The translations under genes and the position numbers were made by a program. Below are positions 5,427 to 5,666 of a stretch of 5,666 nucleotides of DNA, piece by piece; position 1 is the first letter of the stretch; each line of letters starts with the position of its first letter. A model generated the notes under the pieces. It did no database searches, was not told where the DNA came from, and was given only the letters and a program-made list of their open reading frames with translations. Source of the stretch: Octopus sinensis (taxonomy: Eukaryota). The stretch is from positions 1 through 5,666 of the forward strand of contig NW_021829825.1 of the NCBI RefSeq assembly GCF_006345805.1. The letters are read 5' to 3'.

Positions 5427-5666
5427 AAAGGTAACGTCATCTTCTCGAGTCATGCCGACTCATAAGAGCCGGTTCCCCGGTTTCCATGGCGTATGTATTA
5501 CTCCACCTGGACAGGACCCCGATCCCTCGCAGGATTACACATTTTTTGCCAGCTGGGTGGACTGGAGCAACGTGTAATGAAGTGTTTTGCTCAAGAACAC
5601 AGCGCGTCGCCCGGTCCAGGAATCGAAACCACAATCTTAAGATCATGAGTTTAAAACCCTAACCCC
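5427..5666 (-). mobile_element. tRNA-derived SINE with CORE-like segment (same family as 2584-2814); 5' end runs off the window
   Basis: B box GTTTCGATTCC (5629-5619). CORE-like TGTGTTCTTGAGCAAAACACTTCATTACACGTTGCTCCAGTCCACCCAGCTGGCAAAAAATG on the minus strand. Colinear with the 2584-2814 copy. Confidence 0.88.

Noticed and set aside
5214-5646. ORFs of 60-79 aa
   Set aside because: They cross tandem-repeat and SINE boundaries; no protein similarity recognised.
5657-5666. CCCTAACCCC as a telomeric repeat
   Set aside because: Single unit that is part of the SINE tRNA head (GGTTAGGG), also present at 2209-2216 and 2611-2618.

Overview
Non-coding, microsatellite-rich animal genomic DNA with no intact protein-coding gene. 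The SINE sequences resemble ones I recall from octopod cephalopods (recognition, not a database result). Most listed ORFs are artefacts of simple repeats. Supported content: (i) a pseudogenised restriction-like endonuclease (PD-(D/E)xK) fragment of a HERO-like non-LTR retrotransposon (1432-1626, +); (ii) four tRNA-derived SINE copies from at least three families, one nested in another; (iii) three tandem ~184-bp units bounded by (CA)n tracts; (iv) a 1.35-kb cluster (2336-3693) of type I hammerhead-ribozyme motifs. The cluster holds one near-canonical hammerhead on top of a long stem (3148-3261, +), two homologous atypical hammerheads with a 54-nt stem II domain (3579-3680, +; 2560-2897, -, split by a SINE inserted at its GAAAC core with a 5-bp target-site duplication) and one degenerate remnant (2336-2377, -). 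These sit among shared direct and inverted repeat modules, suggesting a non-autonomous Penelope-like or retrozyme-like element. Structures were folded by eye and no cleavage activity is demonstrated.
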